Below are positions 19,632 to 30,018 of a DNA stretch of 57,845 nt, piece after piece. The first letter of the stretch is position 1. Every line of letters starts with the position of its first letter. Location of the stretch: the IMG/VR virus record IMGVR_UViG_3300026518_000668, positions 1-57,845 of that record; one strand, 5' to 3'. The translations under genes and the position numbers were made by a program. This DNA comes from a virus. Its lineage: Duplodnaviria > Caudoviricetes. A model generated the notes under the pieces. The model did no database searches, was not told the origin of the DNA, and saw nothing but the letters and a program-made list of their open reading frames with translations.

Positions 19632-19695
19632 GGGCGCCTTGCCGAGGGACACACTCCAAGGCATGCTGTCCGCAGTCAGCCAGGAACGGATACCA

Positions 19696-20382
19696 ATGAA
19701 AGCGACCACCTTACTTTTGCTTACCTGCCTTGCCCCAGCCGCACTCGCTCAATCCCTGACCGTTGAGCAATTCGTAGCGGCAGAGGTGGCCGATACCAAC
19801 GCCAAACTGCAGCAGTACGGGCAGCCACAGCCCGGCGTCCACACATTCCCGGCCGTCGCAGATGGCGACACCATCATCTATCGCTTTGGTGTGCCAGCGG
19901 CAAACCACTTCCCAGCATCAGGCTACCCTGACCAGATGCGCGACCTGAAAGCAGCCATGCTGCCAGAGGTGTGCGGCATCCTGCAGGCCAGTGGGCACTA
20001 TCGCGACGGTCTGCAGATGCAGTACGAGTATGAAACGGGTGACGCCCAGCCGATGGGTAGCTTCGTCATCAACAAGCGGGCCTGTGACAATTATGCTGAC
20101 AACAACGCTGCAACCTGCATGATCGAGCAGCTCGCCCCCATCAATAACGACTCAGCAGCCAGAGCGGCAGTACGTGTCTGCACGACCCAGCACCCAGGCG
20201 GGCTAGACAGCGTGCCCCAGGGTATCGGTCGTCTGCTTGCCCACTACTCATCGGGCGATGAGTGCACAGTGAAAAACGGCAGCGATACCCCAAGTGAGGT
20301 CGCTGCCGTGAACATCAGAAGGGCCTGCAATAAGCTGTACAACCCAAGCTCTGGCCTGTTTGACGATCTAATCCCCAACTAG
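19696..20382 (+). CDS. Secreted/periplasmic moron protein with C-terminal four-cysteine (VF_A0006-like) domain
   Basis: Signal peptide MKATTLLLLTCLAPAALA; ATC..L....ND.AA.A....C and SGDEC...S.AA..IRRAC.KLY motifs; opposite strand to the late genes. Confidence 0.7.
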   Translation: MKATTLLLLTCLAPAALAQSLTVEQFVAAEVADTNAKLQQYGQPQPGVHTFPAVADGDTIIYRFGVPAANHFPASGYPDQMRDLKAAMLPEVCGILQASGHYRDGLQMQYEYETGDAQPMGSFVINKRACDNYADNNAATCMIEQLAPINNDSAARAAVRVCTTQHPGGLDSVPQGIGRLLAHYSSGDECTVKNGSDTPSEVAAVNIRRACNKLYNPSSGLFDDLIPN

Positions 20383-22190
20383 ATGGGCGAGAGGCCGAAT
20401 TGAGCCAGTCGCTGGTTGACCGCTTCCCTGGGCGCACCTTCGCTGATCGCCTTTTCCGCGTCGGCAATCACCTGTTCCCTGGTCATCCCTTGCGGTAGGG
20501 ACGGGATACCCGGCGGCTCGCCACTCACATACTCACCGGTTGTCACGTCGACCAAGCGGTTACCAAGCACCGGCTTGCCATCCGAATCAGTGCCGTACTG
20601 CACGCTCTCGGACTGGTATCGATCACCCGCACCCACTGTCAGCGCCATGTACTGACGCCGCGCCTCCATACGCTCAGGCACAGAGGCTTGGGTGTCCATC
20701 ATCTGATCGCGTAGGCTGCGCAGCTTGTCACGGTCTTCTGTGGCCACCTTCCGGTCATCCTCAGCCCACTGCTGCTGCAGTGCCAGACGCTCCTGCTCGC
20801 GCTCGGCATTCCGGTTCGCAATCTGCTGCTGCCGGCCCTGATCCAAGCGCTGCTGGCCCTCTGCAACAACACGTTGGTGCTGCTGGCTACGCTCTGCAGC
20901 CTGGGCGCTGTCACGCTCATTCATACGCCGGTTGATTAGGCCTTGCACGCCACGGGCACCCGAGTTGCGCACCACAGTCAGATAGTTGGGGTTGCTGTTC
21001 TCAAGCCGGGTCTGGCGCATTTCCTGTACCGCTCGGCGGTTACTCTCCATTGCTCGAGCACCGTCACCCTCGCCTGCCACAGACAGACCGCCGCTCCCAT
21101 CGCCCATGCGGCCAGCTCGAAAACCAAAGCCCCGGGCTGACTCAAGCGCTTCGCCGCGGTCAGAGAACTCCATCACCCCATCGGCGTTGCGCCGGCCGGC
21201 AACACCTGCCACGCCTGTCATACCCCAGCCCCGTGCTTCAGGGTTGGCCGGCGCCGTTGCCGCACTATCGGTACTTGCCTGGCCTGCGGTGCTGGTATCA
21301 GCCTGCGCCGCCTGCTGGTCTGCTGCTGCAGGATCGGTTGCGGCCACTCGTTCCGGGTCACCCCGGCGAATGCCCGGATAACCCAGCCGGGGAGCCAAAC
21401 CACGGGTCAACGTCCGCCGGCTGGTGTCCTCAGCAAACCGGTTCGCAGCCTCGGCCTGTTCCGGGTTCTGGCGCACAAAACGCTGCGCAGCACGTTGGCG
21501 CTCACCCGCACCGTAGTCAGGCAAGTTGCTATCAAAGGTTGTGCTGCCGGTGGCCAGCCCTGCCACCCCGCGCGGCACAACCGTCGCAGCGCCCAGCACC
21601 TTCTCTGCCGCACCCTTATAAAAGCCACCAACGTTATCCGCAGCATTATTCAGCGCCTCGCGGTTACGCTCCACGTTCGCGGCATAGCCGGCCAAAGGCT
21701 TGGCGCCGAGGCCGGGGCTTTGGCTGTCCTGCGACCCCTGCATTGCCTTGCGACTGGCGTCATTGTTCACGTTAAAGCCATAGCTGTTGGGCTTTTCCTC
21801 GTCCTCACCTACCAGCCCACCATCGGCAAAGAAGGTCTCAGGCCGCTTGCGCTGAGACTCCGGCTTAAAGCCGTAGCCTGCCGGCTGGTGAGTGGCATCA
21901 CGCACCTGGTCAAGCACCGCAGCGCCGATCTGGTGTACAGCCTCCGGCGGCAACTCCATCTCGCCATTGCTCACGTTGACCCGGCGCATACCAAATCCCT
22001 TGGCCTGTTGAGCCTCTTGTGGCGCCTGCTTTTTCTGAGCGCGCGCCGTAGGCCCAAAGCCCAAGGCTGTAGTGCTATCAGCCGGCATCACATAGCTGCC
22101 GTCGGGCATGTCCTTCTGGATCGAATCCGACGTACCGGTGCCCGGGCCTTTGATCAGCTTCGGCTTGGCTGGCTTCTTCATTCCGTACAT
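20379..22190 (-). CDS. Internal virion / ejection protein
   Basis: GPGTGTSDSI..SNGE..FADGG motifs, Gln/Ala-rich coiled coil; RBS GGAG before ATG 22190. Confidence 0.6.
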   Translation of the reverse strand: MYGMKKPAKPKLIKGPGTGTSDSIQKDMPDGSYVMPADSTTALGFGPTARAQKKQAPQEAQQAKGFGMRRVNVSNGEMELPPEAVHQIGAAVLDQVRDATHQPAGYGFKPESQRKRPETFFADGGLVGEDEEKPNSYGFNVNNDASRKAMQGSQDSQSPGLGAKPLAGYAANVERNREALNNAADNVGGFYKGAAEKVLGAATVVPRGVAGLATGSTTFDSNLPDYGAGERQRAAQRFVRQNPEQAEAANRFAEDTSRRTLTRGLAPRLGYPGIRRGDPERVAATDPAAADQQAAQADTSTAGQASTDSAATAPANPEARGWGMTGVAGVAGRRNADGVMEFSDRGEALESARGFGFRAGRMGDGSGGLSVAGEGDGARAMESNRRAVQEMRQTRLENSNPNYLTVVRNSGARGVQGLINRRMNERDSAQAAERSQQHQRVVAEGQQRLDQGRQQQIANRNAEREQERLALQQQWAEDDRKVATEDRDKLRSLRDQMMDTQASVPERMEARRQYMALTVGAGDRYQSESVQYGTDSDGKPVLGNRLVDVTTGEYVSGEPPGIPSLPQGMTREQVIADAEKAISEGAPREAVNQRLAQFGLSPI

Positions 22191-22218
22191 GGTGGTTTCT
22201 CCACAGTGTTCATGCCCA

Positions 22219-22257
22219 ATCGTCAACGCCTCCGCGTTTGCTATCCAACCCTACAGG
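22219..22257 (-). promoter_or_regulatory. Putative late promoter
   Basis: CCTGTAGGGTT (22257-22247) + 22 nt + GACGAT (22224-22219). Confidence 0.65.
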
Positions 22258-22262
22258 TTGTT

Positions 22263-23207
22263 TCAGCTCAGCGGCCCGCTGTACAGCTCTGCCTGCAGCG
22301 AGCTCTGGGCGTTGGCAGCAGCGCTGGATGCATCGGCGAATGCTGCAGCGGCAGCAGCAAGAGCACGGTTCTGCCCTGACCGTACCTCACCTTCCTGCAG
22401 CCGATTCTTGCTGGAGGCCGCCTGGGCATCTGCTTTGCCAGAAGCCGCCCTCAACCGCAGCTCTTCAAACCCCAGCTCCACGTTGTAATAACTGGATAGC
22501 GCACTGGTGAGCGCGGCATAGGCCTGCGCCTTCGCCCTGGCAATGTCGGTGTTCTGCTTGAGCACGTCAGACCACTGGTTGTAGAAGCTGGCCAGCGCCT
22601 GCAGCATGCTGGTTCTCAGCTGGCCGGCCAGCTGCGCCGCAAACTTCGCCAGCTCGACCTTGATTTCACCATCACGGATCATCTGGGTTCGGTTCACCTC
22701 TGCAATGGCGTCACTCGCCCGGATGTCGGCATTGGTCATCGCAGCGATGGCCGCCCCAGGCGGAGCATGAAAACCACGCAACGAGTAACCTGCCCGGATC
22801 TGGGCTTTCTCGCTGTCCGCTGTCCGATAGGCACGGTCCCGCGCCGCGTGAATCACGCCCTCATGCACGTCGTTTGGCAGCCCAAAAGGCTCTGAGCCAG
22901 ACAAAATCCCATCCACCCATGCATCGGGCTGGCTGACAACCGCGCTTTGAAGGTTCGGAAAGAACTTGGCCAGCCACTTGTCTGTTTCAGCATCGAGAAA
23001 CGCCCGCGCCGCGCCGCTGGTATCCGTTGCCAGCAAATCGCCAATCGACGGCGGTGGCTGAATAGTCGGTTTGGTCGGCTGGTAGTTGAAATCAACATTT
23101 GTCGAACCCGGCACATAGCTACCAATGCGGTTTGCCAGCGACTGCGCGCGGCCAAGAGCATCCCCAGCAAACTCCTGCAGGAAGGACTGGCTCGATTCAA
23201 TTCCCAT
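22263..23207 (-). CDS. Probable internal virion protein
   Basis: Ala-rich helical protein with SLRGFHAPPGA motif; RBS GAGGTG before ATG 23207. Confidence 0.55.
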   Translation of the reverse strand: MGIESSQSFLQEFAGDALGRAQSLANRIGSYVPGSTNVDFNYQPTKPTIQPPPSIGDLLATDTSGAARAFLDAETDKWLAKFFPNLQSAVVSQPDAWVDGILSGSEPFGLPNDVHEGVIHAARDRAYRTADSEKAQIRAGYSLRGFHAPPGAAIAAMTNADIRASDAIAEVNRTQMIRDGEIKVELAKFAAQLAGQLRTSMLQALASFYNQWSDVLKQNTDIARAKAQAYAALTSALSSYYNVELGFEELRLRAASGKADAQAASSKNRLQEGEVRSGQNRALAAAAAAFADASSAAANAQSSLQAELYSGPLS

Positions 23208-23273
23208 AGACACCTCTTGCAACCGTTACACGCAGCTCAGCTTGATGTGCAGCATCCGCGTATTGATAAAACA

Positions 23274-23975
23274 TCATTCCCAGATCACCAGCGACACGGG
23301 AATGTCAGATCCGATAGGTGGCAGAGAAGCGTCCCCACTCTCTCCCCCAAACAGGTATGCCCATGCACCAGGTGCGATCTGCTGAACGCCGTAAAAGATC
23401 ACAGGCATCAACGTGTGATTGAGCAATAGAAGCCCGCCGGAGTAATTCAGCCGTTCTTCAGGGTCGCTTGGCGCCGACAAGCCAACCTCAACCGATACGG
23501 CGCCCTCGCTGGAGTACGCCGACAGCCCCATCGCCTCCAGTCCGGCCAGCGTTGGTGGGGTGAGTGTGCCAACCTCAGCACCCAGCGCAGGGTTAATGTA
23601 GGCCGGTGTTCCACCGCCACCATCGCCGGCATTCAGCACAGAAAGCAGTCCTTCCGGCACATCAAGCTCCAGCTCAATCGCCGCTGAATCGATGACCTCG
23701 CGGGCACGTTGCAGGCCCGTCCAAAATCGCAATTCAGGAAGAGGCGGAGCCCAATAGCCAATCCGCCAAGGCGACTCGCCAACATCGTCGTTGGGCGACA
23801 AATGCCCAAGCAAGTCTTCGCCACCTACGCGGTCCGGCGGCGCCACCACAGAGACCCCCTCAACAGCCTCGGCCGAGGCAACAAAGGAAGACTCTCGCCA
23901 GTAGCTGGCGTGAGCGTTGGCATACCCGGTGAAGGTCTGATACACGACGCCGTTCTTAACAAAAATCAGGCTCAT
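23274..23975 (-). CDS. Hypothetical (virion) protein
   Basis: ORF ATGA-coupled to the upstream gene in the late operon. Confidence 0.55.
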   Translation of the reverse strand: MSLIFVKNGVVYQTFTGYANAHASYWRESSFVASAEAVEGVSVVAPPDRVGGEDLLGHLSPNDDVGESPWRIGYWAPPLPELRFWTGLQRAREVIDSAAIELELDVPEGLLSVLNAGDGGGGTPAYINPALGAEVGTLTPPTLAGLEAMGLSAYSSEGAVSVEVGLSAPSDPEERLNYSGGLLLLNHTLMPVIFYGVQQIAPGAWAYLFGGESGDASLPPIGSDIPVSLVIWE

Positions 23976-24757
23976 ACAGGGACCCACGCATAACAGGGTG
24001 TCAGCATAATGCTGGACAGCGGGTAGGCCAGAGCGAACTCGGCGCCTCGATGCCCAAGCACGGACTCTGACCCAGCAGCCGGCTCGTACTGATACAGCTC
24101 CTGCCTTATGGTTATCTCATCGCCTGGCGAGAACGGGTCGCTTAGCACTACCGCATTCGCCACCTCGGCGTTGAGCACGCTGAACGACACCGCGTACTTC
24201 CCGGCATGTTCGCCCTCAATGAAGATGCCAACACTCTCGATCGCCAACTTGTCGTTGGCATAAACCTCGCTCCAGGTTGTCACGCCCTTGGGTGATGGCA
24301 GCGTTGCAAGGTCCATATCCTGCACAGCCACCAACTGGTCCTCCGGTGCGTAGCTCAACAGCGTTCTCGCATCAGCAACCAGGGTGAGGCCCGGCGCAGC
24401 GCAGTAGCGGATATTACCGTTGGCAAGTGTGGCGACATGCCGGAGCGCACCACCATGCGGCGCATAAAACAGGTGGTTGGGGCCTGCCTGATCAATGGCA
24501 TTGGTCCAGGTCCACATACCGTCCGAGTTGGCTGATCCCCCGGCACCAATGTCTGAGGTGGTGTACGTGATGCCCTCGTCTTCAAAATCCAGCGGATACG
24601 ACTGAACATCCATCACCGGTAGCGGATTGAGCACTTCACCGGTCGTGAAGTCCGATACCACCCTTTTGATCGGGCTGACCTGCTCACGCCACCCCTGCCA
24701 TGTTTTTGCCCGTTCCACGTAGAGTATTCGAGCGTAGTTTCGACCTAAGAACGCCAC
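23972..24757 (-). CDS. Hypothetical (virion) protein
   Basis: 261-aa ORF overlapping both neighbours in the late operon. Confidence 0.6.
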   Translation of the reverse strand: MAFLGRNYARILYVERAKTWQGWREQVSPIKRVVSDFTTGEVLNPLPVMDVQSYPLDFEDEGITYTTSDIGAGGSANSDGMWTWTNAIDQAGPNHLFYAPHGGALRHVATLANGNIRYCAAPGLTLVADARTLLSYAPEDQLVAVQDMDLATLPSPKGVTTWSEVYANDKLAIESVGIFIEGEHAGKYAVSFSVLNAEVANAVVLSDPFSPGDEITIRQELYQYEPAAGSESVLGHRGAEFALAYPLSSIMLTPCYAWVPV

Positions 24758-26619
24758 AGCTGCCCCTCCTTCGGTACATGCAGGCCATTACCGGCATACG
24801 CGCAGCCGCGGCCCGGGCCCACAGACTCATGCAGGGTTTCCCAAGTCCACCCGCTATCAAAGCTGATCACCAGCTTGCCTTTTCCCGGGCGACCGCTTCG
24901 GGTGCCTTCGTTGTAACCACCGATCAATACCGCCTTGCCGTCGTCATCACGCTGAATCACACAGATACGGCTCCACATCACGGTGTCACGCAGCGGGTTC
25001 GTGGGTCTTGACCACATACGGCCTCGCAGCTCGCAGGCCCCGGTGTAAATGTTCACGGCCGCAAACTGCCCGGCATGACGCTCTGCCAGACTCGGCGCAA
25101 CAGGAAACCCGATCCAGCCCGCGCCGATATGCGCGGCCAGCCCACGCAACATTGGTTCAGCAAATGGCTGCTGTTCCAGGTCGGTGCTTTGATCAAAATC
25201 AGACACAGTCTTCTCAATCGGTAGGCGCCATGCAGGGCGAGCCACAACGGATACCTCACCGGTTTCTGATACCAACGCCAGGCGGTTACCAGCCAAGAAG
25301 GGGTTGACCATGTACACAACCCCATCAACCTCATCCCCCCCAACAAACCAGCACACACTGCGGCCGGCATCGTGCCCCAGCGGCAGCTCAACAATCTCGC
25401 CCGCACGGGTAACCAGCAGCGTGCCGAAGTGCCATTCCTGATCATCAAGAACGGCGTGCGGCACGGTCATGACGCCGCCAAAGGATTTACAGGGCCTGTT
25501 GAACCCATTGGGCTGCCAGCGGATGATCACGTCGGTCCCATCGAGATAGAAAGGTCTGCGCAATGGGTCGCTTGAGTTGCGCGGGTCGTAGATCCGTGGC
25601 GCATCCAGCACCTCCGCGACATCGTTCCCCTCAGCGTCAACGAAAGAGCGCATGCGCATCACACACAATGAGCGAGCCCCGCCAACGTCAAACGGCGTTG
25701 ATGGTGGCGTGGTTGCCCAGAAGCAGATGTTCCAGGTCAAGCCATCGACCGCGCTCACAACATCGCCCTCGGCCCATGGAGCCGCGATTCCCTGACCGAC
25801 CGTATCGCCCGGCATAGTGAAAAATGAGATGCCCTCGTAGGCTGGGTCAGACCGATCGATAACGGAGGCAATGAGCAGGCCAGAAGGCAGACGCCCTTGG
25901 AGCCATTCGCTGTCGAACTCCAAGCCTGGCCGTCCTGCAGTGTGGGCAGCGACACTCGGTAACGCTGCCACATCCACTTCATCCAGCATCTGCGCATACT
26001 GCAGGTCGCAGACATCGAGGGTGTAAACAGCCAGCTTGTCCACGTCCTCAGTTGTGAAGGGGTAAAGGTCAGAGGTGTTCTGATTTGTGAAGGTAGGGCG
26101 ATAACCAGTTCGACCGAAGACGGCCAACGAATTGTGCATTGTCATGCCATGGTCATCGTACTGATATGCTCCATAGCCCACTGACGACAACGCGACATTG
26201 CCGATCTTTGCGCGACGTAACACCCGGAGCTCTGACGCCTCAGACTCCAACGGTGGCGAACCCGCAGATGCCCAGTGAAGACGATCCCGCGCTACCGCAA
26301 CAAAGACGCCCTGCAGCCCATGACGTGGGTCACCCGCTTGCGGCTTGGACTGGTAACCAAAAAACGCGCCTTCGTAGCCATAGAACTCCTGCGCCCCTCT
26401 ATCACCAGCAACAGGATTGGGGCCAAACACGAACAAACGCCCGACAGGGTCAATCACCGTCGCTTTACGGTTCTCCCCTACTCGGCGCCCCTCAACGATG
26501 TAGCCATCCAGTATTTCACGGCGCACGCCCACACTCAGCTGGATAGACAGCGCCAAGGCCTTGGCTCGCTGCAGCAGCCGCGCACCGCCGATTGAGTCGC
26601 TTCGTAGTGAGCACCTCAT
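24745..26619 (-). CDS. Hypothetical tail protein (possible beta-propeller)
   Basis: 624 aa; Asp-box-like SFDSGWTW near the C-terminus. Confidence 0.6.
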   Translation of the reverse strand: MRCSLRSDSIGGARLLQRAKALALSIQLSVGVRREILDGYIVEGRRVGENRKATVIDPVGRLFVFGPNPVAGDRGAQEFYGYEGAFFGYQSKPQAGDPRHGLQGVFVAVARDRLHWASAGSPPLESEASELRVLRRAKIGNVALSSVGYGAYQYDDHGMTMHNSLAVFGRTGYRPTFTNQNTSDLYPFTTEDVDKLAVYTLDVCDLQYAQMLDEVDVAALPSVAAHTAGRPGLEFDSEWLQGRLPSGLLIASVIDRSDPAYEGISFFTMPGDTVGQGIAAPWAEGDVVSAVDGLTWNICFWATTPPSTPFDVGGARSLCVMRMRSFVDAEGNDVAEVLDAPRIYDPRNSSDPLRRPFYLDGTDVIIRWQPNGFNRPCKSFGGVMTVPHAVLDDQEWHFGTLLVTRAGEIVELPLGHDAGRSVCWFVGGDEVDGVVYMVNPFLAGNRLALVSETGEVSVVARPAWRLPIEKTVSDFDQSTDLEQQPFAEPMLRGLAAHIGAGWIGFPVAPSLAERHAGQFAAVNIYTGACELRGRMWSRPTNPLRDTVMWSRICVIQRDDDGKAVLIGGYNEGTRSGRPGKGKLVISFDSGWTWETLHESVGPGRGCAYAGNGLHVPKEGQLWRS

Positions 26620-28655
26620 CTTCCCGGCCTCAAGCGGCGCTGACTCACACCAACTTCAATCTCGACATTGTCCAGATCCGCATAGGCAGCATCGACCAGC
26701 TCCAGGCGCAACCGCCAGTGACGAGCCGTGACGCCCTTGGCGGTGCGTGCACGCCGCTCAACACCATCGCCAACGGCCTTGTAGATCGCCTCCTTGCCGT
26801 CGTCACCGGTAACCCGCAGATACACCTCGCCATCGGTGGCAATGCCTGCGTACACGCTGTTGATCCGCTTACTACGTGCCGTGCCAAAGTCCGAAGCGCC
26901 AAAATCGATCATTGCGTTGATCGTTTCGCCGTCATCACCCTCGACGCCCAAGCGATAGAGCCCAGCATCAGTGATGGCATAGGTTTCTCCGCCCATACGG
27001 GCGAACTGCGTGAATCCGAAGTTGCGGTATTCACTCAAGGCGCCGGTAACCGCGTTCACCGCGTACTGCAGCGCCTCGCGCCGGGCATCTGCGGCGCTAC
27101 CGCTTACGCGCAGACGCTCTTCGATAGCCATCTGCACGATGTACGACAGCGGCACATCGGCGTGAACGCCAACAAATTCCTCAATCTCAAAGTTGACGAC
27201 GAGGAACACGTCAACGAACTCGCCCACCCGCAACGACTCAGCCACAACAAATAGTGCGCCGCCCTGCAGGATGATCTGGTCATGAGCGACTACTACCCGC
27301 CCCGCGTCCATCATCCACGACGGCATGTATTGCCACCAGTTGGTACCCTGATAGCTGGTTGCTGCAGGCCCAACGCCGCCCATCACAAAGCGTTCCGAGC
27401 CTTTGCCTGCGCAGCCAGCTGACCCGGCACCCTGCATACGACGCAGTACCTTCAAGCGGCCAACCCCGCTGCCGGCTGGAAAGACGCCGAGCCCTTGGGT
27501 AGGCAGGGCCTCTTCCCGATTAAGGCGCCCCAGGCCTTGGGCTGGCGGCAGTTTCCCACGGCCAAACATCGGCTTAGCGGTAGCAGTGACGCCCATCATG
27601 CCCATACCGCCGGCCCCCAGGCCTCCATATCCGTAGGCATTGACGCCCCCGGAGACCAGCCCGTCCCCGTCGACGTAAACAAAGCCTGTCGACTCAGCTA
27701 CCGCGTTAAAGACAGATGTTGTGCCCACGGCATAGACCGCATGGGCGGCTGCCTCGGACTTCGCCTGCAAAGAACAAACGCCGCCTGTCAGCGCCTGACC
27801 ATTCAGCTGAACCAGAGCCAGAGACTCAAGCGCCACCTGCGCCACGCCACCGGCATCCTCGGCAAAAGCGGTCACAACGTATAGCGCAGCGGTGCCGCCC
27901 GTTTCGTGGTACGCCCCAATAATGGGTTCGTCCACAAAGTCGACCATCGAGTACAGCGTCACATCACCGTAGGCCTTGCCTGCTACCGGTACCGCGGAGT
28001 CATAAACGACGACATCATCAACCAGCATCCGAACACCGCCTTCACGGCGAACCAAGCGAACAACAGCCCCCACTGGCTGCTCGGCAGCAACATCACGGCC
28101 ATGCTCCACCGGGGTAATACCCGACGGCCTGGCAACCAGTGCGTGCGAAGCGTGGCCATAGCTATGGTCAAAGGCACCATCGGACAACCCGACAGATACA
28201 CCGTACGACGTCAGGGGCAGACGCACCTGAAAGTAGCTGCCGGCCGGCACCGGCTTGATGCTCCGTGCGCCACCGTTCCACCCGTTATTCTCATGGATAT
28301 CAACCCGTCCAGGGATGCCAGGGACAGCTGCTCTCGCCGGATAACAGACTTGCACCTCTTGGTAGGTCGGTATGCGCCTGGAAGGCCTGGACATATCAAC
28401 CATCCACCCGATCAGTTGCTTTACCGGCTGCCCGTACTGGTCATAGCGGGTCTCGTAAACAGGCGTCACATTGCCGCCGCCAAAATCCATATTGACGTCA
28501 GTACCGATCGCGGACACGAAAAACGGGCCACCACCCGAGCTGCGTTCATAGCCGGATATCAGCAATGTCATCTCGCAGAACGCGGGCCTCGCCGGAATGG
28601 CCGACACCGCCGGCACATATGTGAGAACCGGCTGCTTTTGCAGTCGGTTAGCCAT
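26616..28655 (-). CDS. Virion structural protein
   Basis: 679 aa in the late operon; Gly-rich central part. Confidence 0.65.
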   Translation of the reverse strand: MANRLQKQPVLTYVPAVSAIPARPAFCEMTLLISGYERSSGGGPFFVSAIGTDVNMDFGGGNVTPVYETRYDQYGQPVKQLIGWMVDMSRPSRRIPTYQEVQVCYPARAAVPGIPGRVDIHENNGWNGGARSIKPVPAGSYFQVRLPLTSYGVSVGLSDGAFDHSYGHASHALVARPSGITPVEHGRDVAAEQPVGAVVRLVRREGGVRMLVDDVVVYDSAVPVAGKAYGDVTLYSMVDFVDEPIIGAYHETGGTAALYVVTAFAEDAGGVAQVALESLALVQLNGQALTGGVCSLQAKSEAAAHAVYAVGTTSVFNAVAESTGFVYVDGDGLVSGGVNAYGYGGLGAGGMGMMGVTATAKPMFGRGKLPPAQGLGRLNREEALPTQGLGVFPAGSGVGRLKVLRRMQGAGSAGCAGKGSERFVMGGVGPAATSYQGTNWWQYMPSWMMDAGRVVVAHDQIILQGGALFVVAESLRVGEFVDVFLVVNFEIEEFVGVHADVPLSYIVQMAIEERLRVSGSAADARREALQYAVNAVTGALSEYRNFGFTQFARMGGETYAITDAGLYRLGVEGDDGETINAMIDFGASDFGTARSKRINSVYAGIATDGEVYLRVTGDDGKEAIYKAVGDGVERRARTAKGVTARHWRLRLELVDAAYADLDNVEIEVGVSQRRLRPGR

Positions 28656-28657
28656 TC

Positions 28658-29101
28658 TCAGACGTACTCGATCAGGGCAATGGCGAAGTACTCAAGAACA
28701 CGGGTCTCGCCCAGCTCAATGAGGGTCGTGCTGACGACGATATCCGCACCAGGCCCGCCAACCGTGGCTTGAACCCGCACCGACTCAGTTCCGCCTGAGC
28801 CAGTGTCGCCTGGCTTTTCGAGACGCATGAACGTCATGGTCCCACCAGCGACGGCGTCACCAGTCCAAATCTCGCTGAGCGCCTTCTTCAAGGTCGCGCC
28901 TTCCGCGTTGGCTTCAAACGTCAAGTTGCCGCCTACACTCGTCTTCAGCTCCAGCAGCAATGTGTTGCCAGACAGCGCCGAATCAGAGGACGCCGGCACA
29001 GGCCCAGAGTAGAACCGAGCAACACACCCATCCAGAATGCTCTTGAGTGAACCGCTTACCGCCTGCTGCCGGCGCAGCTCGGTTGAAAATTTGAAAGCCA
29101 T
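28658..29101 (-). CDS. Tail-associated structural protein
   Basis: FSTELR..FYSGPVPASSD..G..LLLE motif of small phage tail proteins. Confidence 0.6.
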   Translation of the reverse strand: MAFKFSTELRRQQAVSGSLKSILDGCVARFYSGPVPASSDSALSGNTLLLELKTSVGGNLTFEANAEGATLKKALSEIWTGDAVAGGTMTFMRLEKPGDTGSGGTESVRVQATVGGPGADIVVSTTLIELGETRVLEYFAIALIEYV

Positions 29102-29102
29102 A

Positions 29103-29495
29103 TCAAACACCTCGCACTTTGATCATCCCGGCGGGCATTGAAATGATGCCCCCTTCGACAACCGGAATCGGTACCGGCAACGCAGCAATGGCCAGGCACT
29201 CACCAGATGCACCGTCGCGAATTGTGTAGTGGGTAGCGGTGTAGTCCGCAGCAGCAGAAGCCGCAGGGAACACCACGTCTGCGGTGCTTGCGCCCTCCCA
29301 GTAAGCCCCCTGATCAGACGCAGCGAAGGTAACGGCCTGTCGCGCATAATTGCCGTCCACCACCTCATTGGCATCACCGGTGCCCGGGTTACCGGCGTGC
29401 AGCGCGATCACCCAACTGTTTGGGCGCGCGGCAACGGCGTCGCCGGTGTAGAAGTGTTTGATGTACTGCTCGCTGCCGTGCTTACTGGCTGCCAT
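29103..29495 (-). CDS. Tail-associated structural protein
   Basis: IALHAGNPG....EV....YARQAVTF motif. Confidence 0.65.
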   Translation of the reverse strand: MAASKHGSEQYIKHFYTGDAVAARPNSWVIALHAGNPGTGDANEVVDGNYARQAVTFAASDQGAYWEGASTADVVFPAASAAADYTATHYTIRDGASGECLAIAALPVPIPVVEGGIISMPAGMIKVRGV

Positions 29496-29505
29496 GTCAG
29501 GGCCC

Positions 29506-30018
29506 TCAGATCGAATCGACGGGAATGTAGGTCAGCGACGCGGCCGCCTCGGACGTTTGGCCAGCCTCCACCGGCTTGGGTGAGGCAAAGCGCACGCACG
29601 ACAGGATTCGGCCGCTGCCGCTGCCCTTGGTGCTCTCCGAGACGAGAAACGCGCCCAGAATCGTGGCGTTCTGCTGGAAGGTGAACTGCGCCTTGTTGCC
29701 ATCGTTGTGGTAGGCATCCGCGCCATTGAAGGTGCGCACCCACAGCGGCCTTGTTGCCTGGCTGTAGCCGGCGAACTCACCCATATTGATCGGGATGTCA
29801 GTCGCCTTGGTCGAGTTGGTCGGCGAGTAGTTACCGGTAAACAGGCCGATGTAGAAGCTGCTGATCGGCGACATATCGCCAAACGGCGCAAGCAGCAGAA
29901 ACGCCAGGCCTTCTGCCGGGATCAGGTTGTGCTTCTGCTCGCGCTCAATGGGCTGGCCAGCAGCGTCAAGGATGCTGAAGTCCCAGACGAAGCCGTTGAT
30001 GCCTACGCCTGCTTTCAT
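29506..30018 (-). CDS. Tail-associated structural protein
   Basis: HNLIP.EG..FYIGLF..YS..TRP.W..GAFLVS pattern. Confidence 0.6.
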   Translation of the reverse strand: MKAGVGINGFVWDFSILDAAGQPIEREQKHNLIPAEGLAFLLLAPFGDMSPISSFYIGLFTGNYSPTNSTKATDIPINMGEFAGYSQATRPLWVRTFNGADAYHNDGNKAQFTFQQNATILGAFLVSESTKGSGSGRILSCVRFASPKPVEAGQTSEAAASLTYIPVDSI

